From the NCBI GenBank assembly GCA_039193985.1, contig JBCCWG010000003.1:12-64011 (forward strand): a DNA stretch of 64,000 bases, in the 5' to 3' direction. The notes under the pieces are model-generated. The model saw only the letters and a list, made by a program, of their open reading frames with translations. It was not told where the DNA came from and did no database searches. Of this stretch, positions 7,688 through 16,415 are shown piece after piece (the first letter of the stretch is position 1; every line of letters begins with the position of its first letter). The position numbers were made by a program, and so were the translations under genes. Source of the stretch: Pseudomonadota bacterium. Lineage in GTDB: Bacteria > Pseudomonadota > Alphaproteobacteria > Rhodobacterales > Rhodobacteraceae.

Positions 7688-9046
7688 ATGACATTGAATA
7701 GCGTTATCAGGGCGGCGCTCGTGGGGCTCGCCGTCACAGCCGCGTCTGTTCCCCAAGCCGGGGCACAGTCGCTCACAATCATGCAGGGGGAAGTCTCTAC
7801 CGCGCTTCAGGTTCCTATGAACCGCGCAGTCGTCGTAGAAGCTGAAAATCCCTTTGCCGAACTCAGCATCGCAAACCCCGGCATCGCTGACATCTCAACC
7901 CTGTCGGATCGAACGATCTATGTGCTTGGCAAAGCGCCTGGTCGCACGACACTGACACTCCTTGGCCCCGATGGCCGCCTGATCACCAACGTAGAGGTTC
8001 AGGTGACCCCGGATGTCGCGGAATTCAAAGAACGTCTTCGCCAAATCCTTCCTGGTGAAGGGATTGAAGTGCGGACAGCCAATGACGGCATCGTAATGTC
8101 GGGCGTGGTGTCTTCGATCGAAAAACTCGACCGGGCCCTTGATCTCGCAAACCGCTATGCACCTGACCGCGTCTCCAACCTGATGGTTGTCGGCGGCACC
8201 CAGCAGGTGATGCTCAAGGTTCGGTTCGCAGAGGTTCAGCGTTCCGTACTTAAGACTCTGGCCGGCGAGATTTCGTTCGTGGATACCGACATCGACGGTA
8301 GCTTCGGCGGCGTTTCTGTCGGCACTGGCGGTGGCACCATTAACGGTAGCTTTGACATCGGAAGCGTCGCTTTTGAAGCAGCCCTGTCTGCGCTCGAATC
8401 GAAGAACCTTGCGCGGACCCTGGCGGAACCAAATCTTGTCTCGCTCAGCGGGCAAGAGGCGAGCTTCCTGGCCGGTGGTGAGGTGCCGATCCCGGTCAGC
8501 GACGATGACGGGATTTCAATCGAGTACCGCCCATTCGGTATTCAGCTGACCTTCATTCCACGTGTCGTGGACGGCAGTAAGATTAACCTCGAGCTGAATG
8601 CTGCAGTGTCCGCGATTGATGACGATATCTCAGTCACGTCGGCATCGATTGCCGTCCCCGGTTTCTCACGGCGCGAAACCGAGACGACTGTTGAGATGCA
8701 TGCCGGGCAGAGCTTTGCTATCGCAGGCCTTCTGCAGGATGACTTCTCGGATGTGGCAACTCAAACGCCATGGCTCGGTGATATTCCGATCCTCGGCACC
8801 CTGTTCCGCAGTGCAAGCTATCAGCGCGATCAGTCGGAACTGGTGGTCATCATCACACCGCACCTGGTGACCCCGGTCAGCGGTGACGCACTGGCCCTGC
8901 CGACAGACCGTATCCGTCCGCCCACCGAGAGCGAACTGTTCCTCTTCGGTCGGGTTGCACGCCCTGCTGGCGCCCCAACATCGGGTGCTGCGGCCGAAGT
9001 GGCCAAGCAGGACTTCGGCGGTTCCTATGGCTACGTGATGGAGTGA
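7688..9046 (+). CDS. cpaC: Tad secretin CpaC/RcpA
   Basis: Signal peptide, BON-like N-terminal region and a secretin C-domain (LAEPNLVSLSGQEASFLAGGEVPIP, GIQLTFIPRVV, PGFSRRETETTVEMHAGQSFAIAGLL, IPILGTLFRS...ELVVIITPHLV). Alternative GTG start at 7667. Confidence 0.9.
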   Translation: MTLNSVIRAALVGLAVTAASVPQAGAQSLTIMQGEVSTALQVPMNRAVVVEAENPFAELSIANPGIADISTLSDRTIYVLGKAPGRTTLTLLGPDGRLITNVEVQVTPDVAEFKERLRQILPGEGIEVRTANDGIVMSGVVSSIEKLDRALDLANRYAPDRVSNLMVVGGTQQVMLKVRFAEVQRSVLKTLAGEISFVDTDIDGSFGGVSVGTGGGTINGSFDIGSVAFEAALSALESKNLARTLAEPNLVSLSGQEASFLAGGEVPIPVSDDDGISIEYRPFGIQLTFIPRVVDGSKINLELNAAVSAIDDDISVTSASIAVPGFSRRETETTVEMHAGQSFAIAGLLQDDFSDVATQTPWLGDIPILGTLFRSASYQRDQSELVVIITPHLVTPVSGDALALPTDRIRPPTESELFLFGRVARPAGAPTSGAAAEVAKQDFGGSYGYVME

Positions 9047-9051
9047 GAGAG

Positions 9052-9441
9052 ATGACCTTCAAGACAAAATCCATCGTGGTCGGTTTCGGGCTTCTTGCCC
9101 TCGCCGCCTGCGGCGAAGCAGGAAGCAAGTCGTGGAACTCCGAGGCTGGTGCCTTCCTTGACGAAGGCGGCTTCGGCAACCCGACGATGAACAACATGCT
9201 GGCCCAGATGTGTACAGGCCGCGCCAAGGGCTTTATCGTCCCTGACCCGGTCGTTGCACTCGACGGAACCACGGATGCAAAAGGCGCACCGCGGTATCGT
9301 CAGGGCCAAGTGATGTGCTCGGGCGAACTGAACGGCAAATACGCTCAGGTGATCTGGGGCGAATATGTCAGCTCGGCCACTGCACCTTCGCCGCTCGGCG
9401 GCGGCATCGCAGCCATCGAAAGCGCCGGCGGCGGCGGATAA
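9052..9441 (+). CDS. Small lipoprotein in the CpaD slot of the tad locus (family not recognised)
   Basis: Lipobox LLALAAC. 129 aa with a Gly-rich C-terminus. The start overlaps the cpaC stop region. The call is positional only. Confidence 0.55.
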   Translation: MTFKTKSIVVGFGLLALAACGEAGSKSWNSEAGAFLDEGGFGNPTMNNMLAQMCTGRAKGFIVPDPVVALDGTTDAKGAPRYRQGQVMCSGELNGKYAQVIWGEYVSSATAPSPLGGGIAAIESAGGGG

Positions 9442-9460
9442 CCAGCCGGAATATCTGGAA

Positions 9461-9489
9461 AAGGGCGGTCCATCGGGCCGCCCTTTTTG
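9461..9489 (+). terminator. Rho-independent terminator after the lipoprotein gene
   Basis: aagggcgg-tccatcggg-ccgccctt followed by ttttg. An AT-rich stretch follows before cpaE. Confidence 0.6.
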
Positions 9490-9655
9490 CATTGTATGAT
9501 CGTTGTTGAATACCGAATAATTACGATCTTTTAGCCTCAATGTCGCCAATATTTCCCGTCACTCCTCATCATTAGGGTGACATGCGCCGTGCGTGTGCGT
9601 TCGCCTTGTCGGAACCCCGATCAGTTGGGGCCATGAGCAGAAGGACGTGACGGAT

Positions 9656-10903
9656 ATGAGTAGCAACGCGGCTTTGCAGGAAGAACCGGAACCCATCGTT
9701 GCCTGCACCATCAGTCGGGACGTACAGAATTTTGATCTTTTGATCGAAGACATGGAAACCGAGTGTGGTGAGAACTGGGGCGATCTGTCGCTTGAAGACG
9801 CCGGTGTGTTCTTCGATCAGCCCGAAGCCGACCATCTCGAATTCGTTGCCATCGCCATCGACCAGGAAGACGAGAGTTCGATCGATCTGATCACCGAACT
9901 TGTGCGTCAGGCCCACGCACAAAAGATCAAGGTCCTGGTGATCGCCGAAGAAGTCAGCCCGATCATCCTGCACAAACTACTTAAGTTTGGCGCGGAAGAG
10001 TTTGTTCCCTACCCGCTCCCAGACGGAGCCTTGCACGACGCCATCCAGCGGATGCGCGAGAAAGCCGCGCAGGCCGAGATGGTTGCGGCGAACCTGGCCC
10101 ACAATCTCAAGGCCACCGGTGACCGCGATGGTGTCGTTCTGCCGATACACGGGCTGGCAGGCGGCACAGGCGCCACCACCTTTGCCGTGAACCTCGCGTG
10201 GGAACTTGCGAACATCGACGAAGGCGATGAGGCTTTGCGCGTTTGCCTTCTCGACTTAGACCTTCAGTTCGGCTCGACTTCGACCTATCTCGACTTGCCG
10301 CGCCGCGAAGCGGTGTTCGAGCTGCTGCAGGACACGGATCAAGCAGACAGCGATAGCTTCATGCAAGCCTTGCTCGCCTATCAGGAAAAGCTCCACGTTC
10401 TGACCGCGCCGAGCGAGCTCATTCCTCTCGATATGGTGGAAGCCAAAGACATCAAAAAGATCATCCAGATCGCAAAGACCAACTTTGACTACGTCGTCAT
10501 CGACATGCCCCGCACGATTGTCCAGTGGACCGAAACCGTGCTGACCGAGGCCCATGTCTATTTCGCGATGACCGAACTGGACATGCGCTCGGCCCAGAAC
10601 ACCCTGCGCGTGATCCGCGCCTTGAAGGGCGAAGAGCTTCCTTACGAGAAACTCCGCTATGTTCTGAACCGCGCGCCTGGCTTTACCGATTTGAACGGCA
10701 AGAGCCGGATCAAACGCATGGCCGAAAGCCTCGATATCAAAATCGAAGTCCTGATGCCCGATGGTGGCAAGCAGGTGGTGCAATCCAACGATCACGGCGT
10801 ACCGCTATCCGACGTGGCAGCGAAGAACCCGCTGCGCAAAGAGATTCAGAAGCTGGCGGCATCTGTACATGAAACCAACGTGGCGGCCGTTGAAGGCGGT
10901 TGA
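9656..10903 (+). CDS. cpaE: CpaE/TadZ pilus-localisation ParA/MinD-like protein with N-terminal pseudo-receiver domain
   Basis: ATG at 9656 with an AAGGA RBS. The N-terminal domain is receiver-like. Deviant Walker A HGLAGGTGATTFAVNLA lacks the lysines, as in TadZ. It precedes cpaF. Confidence 0.85.
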   Translation: MSSNAALQEEPEPIVACTISRDVQNFDLLIEDMETECGENWGDLSLEDAGVFFDQPEADHLEFVAIAIDQEDESSIDLITELVRQAHAQKIKVLVIAEEVSPIILHKLLKFGAEEFVPYPLPDGALHDAIQRMREKAAQAEMVAANLAHNLKATGDRDGVVLPIHGLAGGTGATTFAVNLAWELANIDEGDEALRVCLLDLDLQFGSTSTYLDLPRREAVFELLQDTDQADSDSFMQALLAYQEKLHVLTAPSELIPLDMVEAKDIKKIIQIAKTNFDYVVIDMPRTIVQWTETVLTEAHVYFAMTELDMRSAQNTLRVIRALKGEELPYEKLRYVLNRAPGFTDLNGKSRIKRMAESLDIKIEVLMPDGGKQVVQSNDHGVPLSDVAAKNPLRKEIQKLAASVHETNVAAVEGG

Positions 10904-10922
10904 GTAACGAAGGAGCAAGACT

Positions 10923-12377
10923 GTGTTTTCCAAATATAAAAAGGGTGATCCGGGGTCGCCAAACCTGCAATCGGTGTCCGGTGGCAAGGAAACGTCCCGC
11001 CAGGTCACCGCTCCGGCGCCGAAATCGACCGCGGTTGATGTCAAACGCAAGAATGTCAGCCGCAGCCCTGCACAGGCGCAAGCGGCCGACAAGGAGCGCA
11101 AGCGGAAAGAGCGCTTGGGTGAGATCAAGCTCGAGCTCCACAAGGAGCTGCTTGATAACCTGAACCTCGCTGCACTTGAAAACGCGTCCGAGAGTGACTT
11201 GCGCGCCGAGATCGTCGCCATTTCCGGCGAAGCGCTCGACAACATGGGCGTCGTTCTCAACCGGGAAGAGCGTCAGACGCTCAACCAGGACCTTTATGAC
11301 GAAGTGACGGGCCTCGGCCCGCTTGAACCGCTTCTGAAGGACGACACCGTCAACGATATTCTCGTCAACGGCCCGCAACAGGTCTTTGTGGAACGCGCTG
11401 GTAAGCTCGAGCTCACCGACACAGCGTTCAAAGACGAAAAGCACCTGCTTCGCATCATCGACAAGATTGTCTCGGCCGTGGGTCGCCGGGTCGATGAATC
11501 GAACCCTTACGTTGACGCCCGTCTTGGTGATGGCTCGCGTTTCAACGCTATGGTGCCGCCGATTGCGGTCGACGGTTCGCTCGTCTCCATTCGTAAGTTC
11601 AAGAAGGAAAAGCTTGCGATTGATGACCTTGTCAATTTCGGCGCCTTCACCGAAGAAATGGCGGCCTATCTTCAGGCTGCCGTGGCCACCCGCCTGAACG
11701 TCATCGTCTCGGGCGGTACAGGTTCCGGTAAAACGACCACGCTCAACGCGCTGTCGTCCTTCATCGACAATGACGAACGAATCCTGACGATCGAGGATAC
11801 GGCGGAACTTCAGTTGCAACAGACCCATGTGGGCCGGATGGAAAGCCGCCCGCCCAACGTGGAAGGCAAAGGCGCCGTCACCCAGCGCGACTGTCTGAGA
11901 AACGCGCTTCGTATGCGTCCCGACCGCATCATCGTGGGTGAGACGCGTGGCGAGGAAGTTATCGACATGCTTCAGGCCATGAACACTGGCCACGACGGGT
12001 CGATGACAACGATCCACGCCAACAGCGCGCGCGATGGTGTCAGCCGTCTGGAGAACATGATCGCGATGGCCGGTATTGAGATGCCGATCAAGGCGACGCG
12101 AAGCCAGATTTCCTCGGCTGTGAACCTGATCGTGCAAGCGTCGCGTCTGCAGGACGGTTCGCGCCGCATGGTTTCGATCACGGAAGTGACCGGCATGGAA
12201 GGCGAAGTGATCTCGATGCAGGAAGTCTTCCGGTATCAGCGCGTTGGGTTGACGCCCGACAACAAAATCATCGGTCACTTCACGGCGACAGGTGTGCGCA
12301 GCCACTATTCAGAGCGCTTCAAGATGTGGGGCTACGATCTTCCGTCTGCAATTTTCGAACCCTTCGCGGCGGAGTAA
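10923..12377 (+). CDS. cpaF: Tad secretion ATPase CpaF/TadA
   Basis: GTG start after a GAAGGAG RBS. Walker [17 protein letters not shown], Asp box [10 protein letters not shown], Walker [15 protein letters not shown] and His box [14 protein letters not shown]. Confidence 0.95.
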   Translation: MFSKYKKGDPGSPNLQSVSGGKETSRQVTAPAPKSTAVDVKRKNVSRSPAQAQAADKERKRKERLGEIKLELHKELLDNLNLAALENASESDLRAEIVAISGEALDNMGVVLNREERQTLNQDLYDEVTGLGPLEPLLKDDTVNDILVNGPQQVFVERAGKLELTDTAFKDEKHLLRIIDKIVSAVGRRVDESNPYVDARLGDGSRFNAMVPPIAVDGSLVSIRKFKKEKLAIDDLVNFGAFTEEMAAYLQAAVATRLNVIVSGGTGSGKTTTLNALSSFIDNDERILTIEDTAELQLQQTHVGRMESRPPNVEGKGAVTQRDCLRNALRMRPDRIIVGETRGEEVIDMLQAMNTGHDGSMTTIHANSARDGVSRLENMIAMAGIEMPIKATRSQISSAVNLIVQASRLQDGSRRMVSITEVTGMEGEVISMQEVFRYQRVGLTPDNKIIGHFTATGVRSHYSERFKMWGYDLPSAIFEPFAAE

Positions 12378-12383
12378 GCCCAA

Positions 12384-13352
12384 ATGGTCATCTCAGCAGA
12401 ACCGATTATCTACGGTCTGATCTTCCTTGCCGTGCTTGCCCTTGTTCAGGGCATCTACCTGACGGTGTTCGGCAAATCGATCTCGCTCAACAGTCGGGTC
12501 AACCGCCGGCTCGAGATGCTCGAAAAAGGCGCGGGGCGCGAACAGGTGCTGGAACAACTCCGCAAGGAGATGAGCCAGCACATGAGCTCACGCTCGATCC
12601 CGCTCTATGCAATTCTGGCGGACAAAGCACAAAAGGCAAACATTGCCTTCACGCCCGGACAGCTGGTGATGCTGATGGCCGTTCTTGGCGTCGTCGCGTT
12701 CTTCCTTCTGACCTTTGGCACCGGTGCATCGCTTGTCATTCGCATCGTGATCTCGATCATGATGGGCGTCGGTGCTGTCTTCGTCTGGGTCAACAACACC
12801 GCGAAAAAGCGCCTCGCCATGATCGAGGAACAGCTTCCCGAGGCCGTCGAACTGATGGTCCGCTCGCTGCGCGTTGGCCACCCGTTTTCCTCGGCCCTGC
12901 AAATCGTCGCGAAAGAGGTCCCCGATCCGCTGGGCACCGAAATGGGCGTGATCTCGGACGAAGCAGCTTATGGCCGCGACGTTGGCGAAGCTTTGAAACA
13001 CATGGCCGAACGCATTGACATGCAGGACCTGCGCTTCCTTGCCGTGGCCGTGACCATTCAGCAAACCTCGGGTGGTAACCTTGCTGAGATTCTCGACGGT
13101 CTGGCAAAAGTTGTCCGCTCGCGGTTCAAACTGTTCCGCCGCGTTAAAGCCATCACCGCGGAAGCGAAATGGTCCGGCATGTTCCTGTCGATCTTCCCGA
13201 TCCTCGCCCTGGTCATGATCAACGTGATCCAGCCAGACTACTATGACGATGTGAAAGAGACGGCGTACTTCATTCCCGCCTGTCTTGTCGTGGCGGCCTT
13301 CCTTGTCGCCAACATCTTCGTCATGCGCATGCTTGTGAACATCAAGGTCTGA
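12384..13352 (+). CDS. tadB: Tad inner-membrane platform protein TadB (T2SS F family)
   Basis: 322 aa with a GspF-like domain (LPEAVELMVRSLRVGHPFSSAL, RVKAITAEAKWSGMFLSIFP). Position after cpaF. Confidence 0.9.
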   Translation: MVISAEPIIYGLIFLAVLALVQGIYLTVFGKSISLNSRVNRRLEMLEKGAGREQVLEQLRKEMSQHMSSRSIPLYAILADKAQKANIAFTPGQLVMLMAVLGVVAFFLLTFGTGASLVIRIVISIMMGVGAVFVWVNNTAKKRLAMIEEQLPEAVELMVRSLRVGHPFSSALQIVAKEVPDPLGTEMGVISDEAAYGRDVGEALKHMAERIDMQDLRFLAVAVTIQQTSGGNLAEILDGLAKVVRSRFKLFRRVKAITAEAKWSGMFLSIFPILALVMINVIQPDYYDDVKETAYFIPACLVVAAFLVANIFVMRMLVNIKV

Positions 13353-13356
13353 TCCG

Positions 13357-14373
13357 ATGGAAACTGTCACCAGTCTTTTCGATACAGCCAACACCTGGCT
13401 GACCGACAACTTCGGCGATCTTGGGCCGCTGCTGATCATCGGTGTCCTGGGGATGTTCCTGATCCTTCTGACGCTGCCGATCATGCTGAAGAAGGAAAAG
13501 GACCCTTTCGATCAGCTCAAGAACGATGTGCGCGCGGGCGCCCGGCAAGAAGGCGACGGGCCACGCCTGCGCCGCGGGAATGGTCGCAAAGGCGCCAACA
13601 AGCTCGACAAATACTCCAGCTTCCTCGAGCCTCAGGATGAAAAACAGTACGGCGAAACCAGGCTCAAGCTGCTGCAGGCCGGCTATCGTTCCAAAGATGC
13701 GGTGCGGACATATCACTTTCTGCAATTCGTCCTTGGCATAGCATTCCTGGTGCTCGGCGCCCTCTATGCGATCTACGCAAGCGCGACCGGCGAGCCGTCG
13801 ATGCAGGCCATGATCTTCAGCGTGCTGATCCCGGGTGTCGTGGGTTACATGCTTCCCAAGTACTGGGTCACCAAGCGGCAGCAGTCGCGCCAGGAAGAGA
13901 TCACCAACGGTTTTCCCGACAGCCTCGACATGATGCTGGTCTGCGTCGAAGCGGGTCAGTCTCTCGATCAGGCGATCATTCGTGTCTCGGGCGAGATCAA
14001 GGCGGGCTACCCTGCCCTCGCAGAAGAGTACGAACTGGTCGCGAACGAGATGAAAGCCGGTAAGGACAAAACCACCGTGCTGCGTGACATGTCCGAACGC
14101 GCTGGCGTGCCGGACGTTGCAAGCTTCGTGACCGTTCTCATCCAGTCGGCCAGCTTCGGTACATCAATCTCGGAAGCGTTGCGCGTCTTCTCGGCGGAAA
14201 TGCGCGATAAACGCATCATGCGGGCTGAAGAAAAGGCAAACACCTTGCCGACCAAGCTGACCCTTGCCACAATGCTGCTGACCGTCCCTCCGCTGTTGAT
14301 CATCCTGATCGGTCCGTCGATCTACGATATCGCAGAGACTCTGGGGAACTTTAACCCTGGCGGGACGTTTTGA
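13357..14373 (+). CDS. tadC: Tad inner-membrane platform protein TadC (T2SS F family)
   Basis: 338 aa with a GspF-like domain (FPDSLDMMLVCVEAGQSLDQAI, RIMRAEEKANTLPTKLTLATMLLTVPP). Confidence 0.9.
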   Translation: METVTSLFDTANTWLTDNFGDLGPLLIIGVLGMFLILLTLPIMLKKEKDPFDQLKNDVRAGARQEGDGPRLRRGNGRKGANKLDKYSSFLEPQDEKQYGETRLKLLQAGYRSKDAVRTYHFLQFVLGIAFLVLGALYAIYASATGEPSMQAMIFSVLIPGVVGYMLPKYWVTKRQQSRQEEITNGFPDSLDMMLVCVEAGQSLDQAIIRVSGEIKAGYPALAEEYELVANEMKAGKDKTTVLRDMSERAGVPDVASFVTVLIQSASFGTSISEALRVFSAEMRDKRIMRAEEKANTLPTKLTLATMLLTVPPLLIILIGPSIYDIAETLGNFNPGGTF

Positions 14374-14423
14374 CAGACGGCTAAGGCGAGGCGCGACCGG
14401 TCGCGGAGCGCGCCCGGGACAAG

Positions 14424-14987
14424 ATGAGGCGCAGACAGCACACGATTGTTTTTCTCGCCACGATGGCATTGGCCGCTTGCGATACCGCAGGCGGCCTTCG
14501 CCCATTGGAAGGCGGGGCCCTGGCTCCCTTGGGCACGGCACCTAGTGAACAATCGGTCGATGGGTTGATCGTCGGCCATCGTCTGATGAAGGCGGGCGAG
14601 TACGAACTGGCGCTCGAGGCATATTACCGGGCAGCATCCGAACAGGGCCTCAATGTCGACGTGCTTTCGGCCATCGGATCAGCCAACCTGCAACTCGGCC
14701 GTCTGGGACAAGCCGAGAGCATTTTGCGCCGCGCGACCGAAATGGATGAAACGTTTCCGCCGGCTTGGAACAACCTTGGTGTTGTCTTGATGGAGCGCGG
14801 AAACTACGGCGAAGCAAGTCGGGTGTTTCAACTCGCCTTTGCGCTGGATAGTGGCCAAAGTGCAGAGATCCGCGAAAACTTGGAGCTGGCACTCGCAAAA
14901 CGCCAGAATCCAACCTATTCTCCGCCCGAGGAGTTCCGCTTGGTACGACGAGGACGGGGTGTTTACCGGATCCTTGAAACACCGTAA
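14424..14987 (+). CDS. TPR-repeat lipoprotein (TadD-like)
   Basis: Lipobox MALAAC. TPR-like repeats (AGEYELALEAYYRA, LGRLGQAESILRRATEMD, ERGNYGEASRVFQLAFALD). Confidence 0.7.
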   Translation: MRRRQHTIVFLATMALAACDTAGGLRPLEGGALAPLGTAPSEQSVDGLIVGHRLMKAGEYELALEAYYRAASEQGLNVDVLSAIGSANLQLGRLGQAESILRRATEMDETFPPAWNNLGVVLMERGNYGEASRVFQLAFALDSGQSAEIRENLELALAKRQNPTYSPPEEFRLVRRGRGVYRILETP

Positions 14988-15039
14988 GATCCCGAAAATG
15001 GGACAAGCATGGCGGACATGAGCATTAAGGGACGAAGAA

Positions 15040-15906
15040 ATGCAGCAGGCAAAGCTTCTATCCATTTGTTTTAGCAGTTTAATTCTATTATCCGCCTGTG
15101 GTGGCGGAGGCATGAACGATGGCGAAGTCGAACAGGCACTCAGGGATGTCAACGTCATTGACGACACCAACCTGAACGAAGTGATGTTGTCGGTGGCCGA
15201 CCCGAACGAGGCCGTTACTTACTTCCAGCGCACAGTTGCGCAGAACCCCGACCGTATTGACTTGCACCGCGGCCTGGCCAAGTCGCTCGTCCGCGCGCAA
15301 AAGCCGGTTGCAGCTGTTTCGGCATGGCAAAAAGTCACAACTATGCCCGGCGCGACCAGTGACGACCGCGTGGATTACGCCGAGGCACTTATCCGTGCGA
15401 ACCGATGGGACGATGCGGAAGCACAACTGAACACCATTCCGCCAACCCATGAGACCTTCAAACGCTATCGCCTGGAAGCCATGGTGGCAGACAGCAACGA
15501 ACAGTGGGACAAGGCAGACAGCTTTTACGAGATCGCAGTCGGGCTGACCACCAGGCCCTCGGGAACATTGAACAACTGGGGCTTTTCGAAGTTGACCCGA
15601 GGTGATTTCCCCGGCGCCGAACAACTGTTCTCAGAAGCGCTGAGCTATGACAACACCCTGTTCACCGCCAAGAACAACCTCGTTTTGGCCCGTGCAGCGC
15701 AACGCAAGTACGATATGCCTGTGGTTCCCATGACCCAGATCGAGCGTGCCAAACTGATCCACACCTCGGCGCTCTCGGCGATCAAGCAAGGTGACGTCAA
15801 CACCGGCAAAGCACTTCTTGCAGAAGCCATCGATACGCACCCGCAGTATTTTGAAGCTGCAGTGCGCAGCCTTGAGGCGCTCGAAGGCAGCGGCACCAAC
15901 GGCTAG
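15040..15906 (+). CDS. TPR-repeat lipoprotein (TadD-like, second copy)
   Basis: Lipobox LLSAC followed by GGGG. Multiple TPR-like helices. Sits within the tad operon. Confidence 0.7.
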   Translation: MQQAKLLSICFSSLILLSACGGGGMNDGEVEQALRDVNVIDDTNLNEVMLSVADPNEAVTYFQRTVAQNPDRIDLHRGLAKSLVRAQKPVAAVSAWQKVTTMPGATSDDRVDYAEALIRANRWDDAEAQLNTIPPTHETFKRYRLEAMVADSNEQWDKADSFYEIAVGLTTRPSGTLNNWGFSKLTRGDFPGAEQLFSEALSYDNTLFTAKNNLVLARAAQRKYDMPVVPMTQIERAKLIHTSALSAIKQGDVNTGKALLAEAIDTHPQYFEAAVRSLEALEGSGTNG

Positions 15907-15920
15907 GATCGCGTAACGTT

Positions 15921-16412
15921 ATGGCCATCGACTGGACCACCGCGGCGTGGTTTCTTCCATTTGTGCTGCCTATCACCGTTTGGGTGGCATGGAGCGATAT
16001 GGCGACCATGAAGATCCCCAACAAGGCCGTGCTGGCCTTATTGGCAGTGTTTGTTGTGGTCGGCCTCATCGCGTTGGACTTCAACGAATATCTCTGGCGC
16101 TACGCGCATTTTGGAGTGGTCCTTGTAATCGGGTTTGTGCTGAGTTCGGTTGGTGCAATGGGTGCGGGTGACGCAAAGTATGGGGCGGCCATGGCGCCTT
16201 TCGTCGCGCTCTATGACCTTGGGTTTTTCATGGTTTTGCTGGGCGCCGTAACGATCGTCGCGTTTCTGCTTCATCGCTTTGCCCGCCGCACACCAAGCAT
16301 CCGTAACCGTTTCCCCGACTGGGAAAGCTGGACCCGGAAAGAGTTTCCGATGGGTTTTGCCCTGGCACCAACCCTGTTCTTCTATCTGTTGGCTGGGCTG
16401 TTCTTTGGATGA
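15921..16412 (+). CDS. cpaA: Flp prepilin peptidase CpaA/TadV (A24 aspartic peptidase, no methyltransferase domain)
   Basis: 163 aa, polytopic. Two Asp motifs: AWSDMATMKIPN and GAMGAGDAKYG. Confidence 0.8.
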   Translation: MAIDWTTAAWFLPFVLPITVWVAWSDMATMKIPNKAVLALLAVFVVVGLIALDFNEYLWRYAHFGVVLVIGFVLSSVGAMGAGDAKYGAAMAPFVALYDLGFFMVLLGAVTIVAFLLHRFARRTPSIRNRFPDWESWTRKEFPMGFALAPTLFFYLLAGLFFG

Positions 16413-16415
16413 CGA

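Noticed and set aside
10737-12305. 522-aa ORF on the minus strand
   Set aside because: It lies entirely antisense to the strongly supported cpaF gene. Its composition is Arg/His/Gly-rich, typical of antisense frames in GC-rich DNA, and it has no recognisable motifs.
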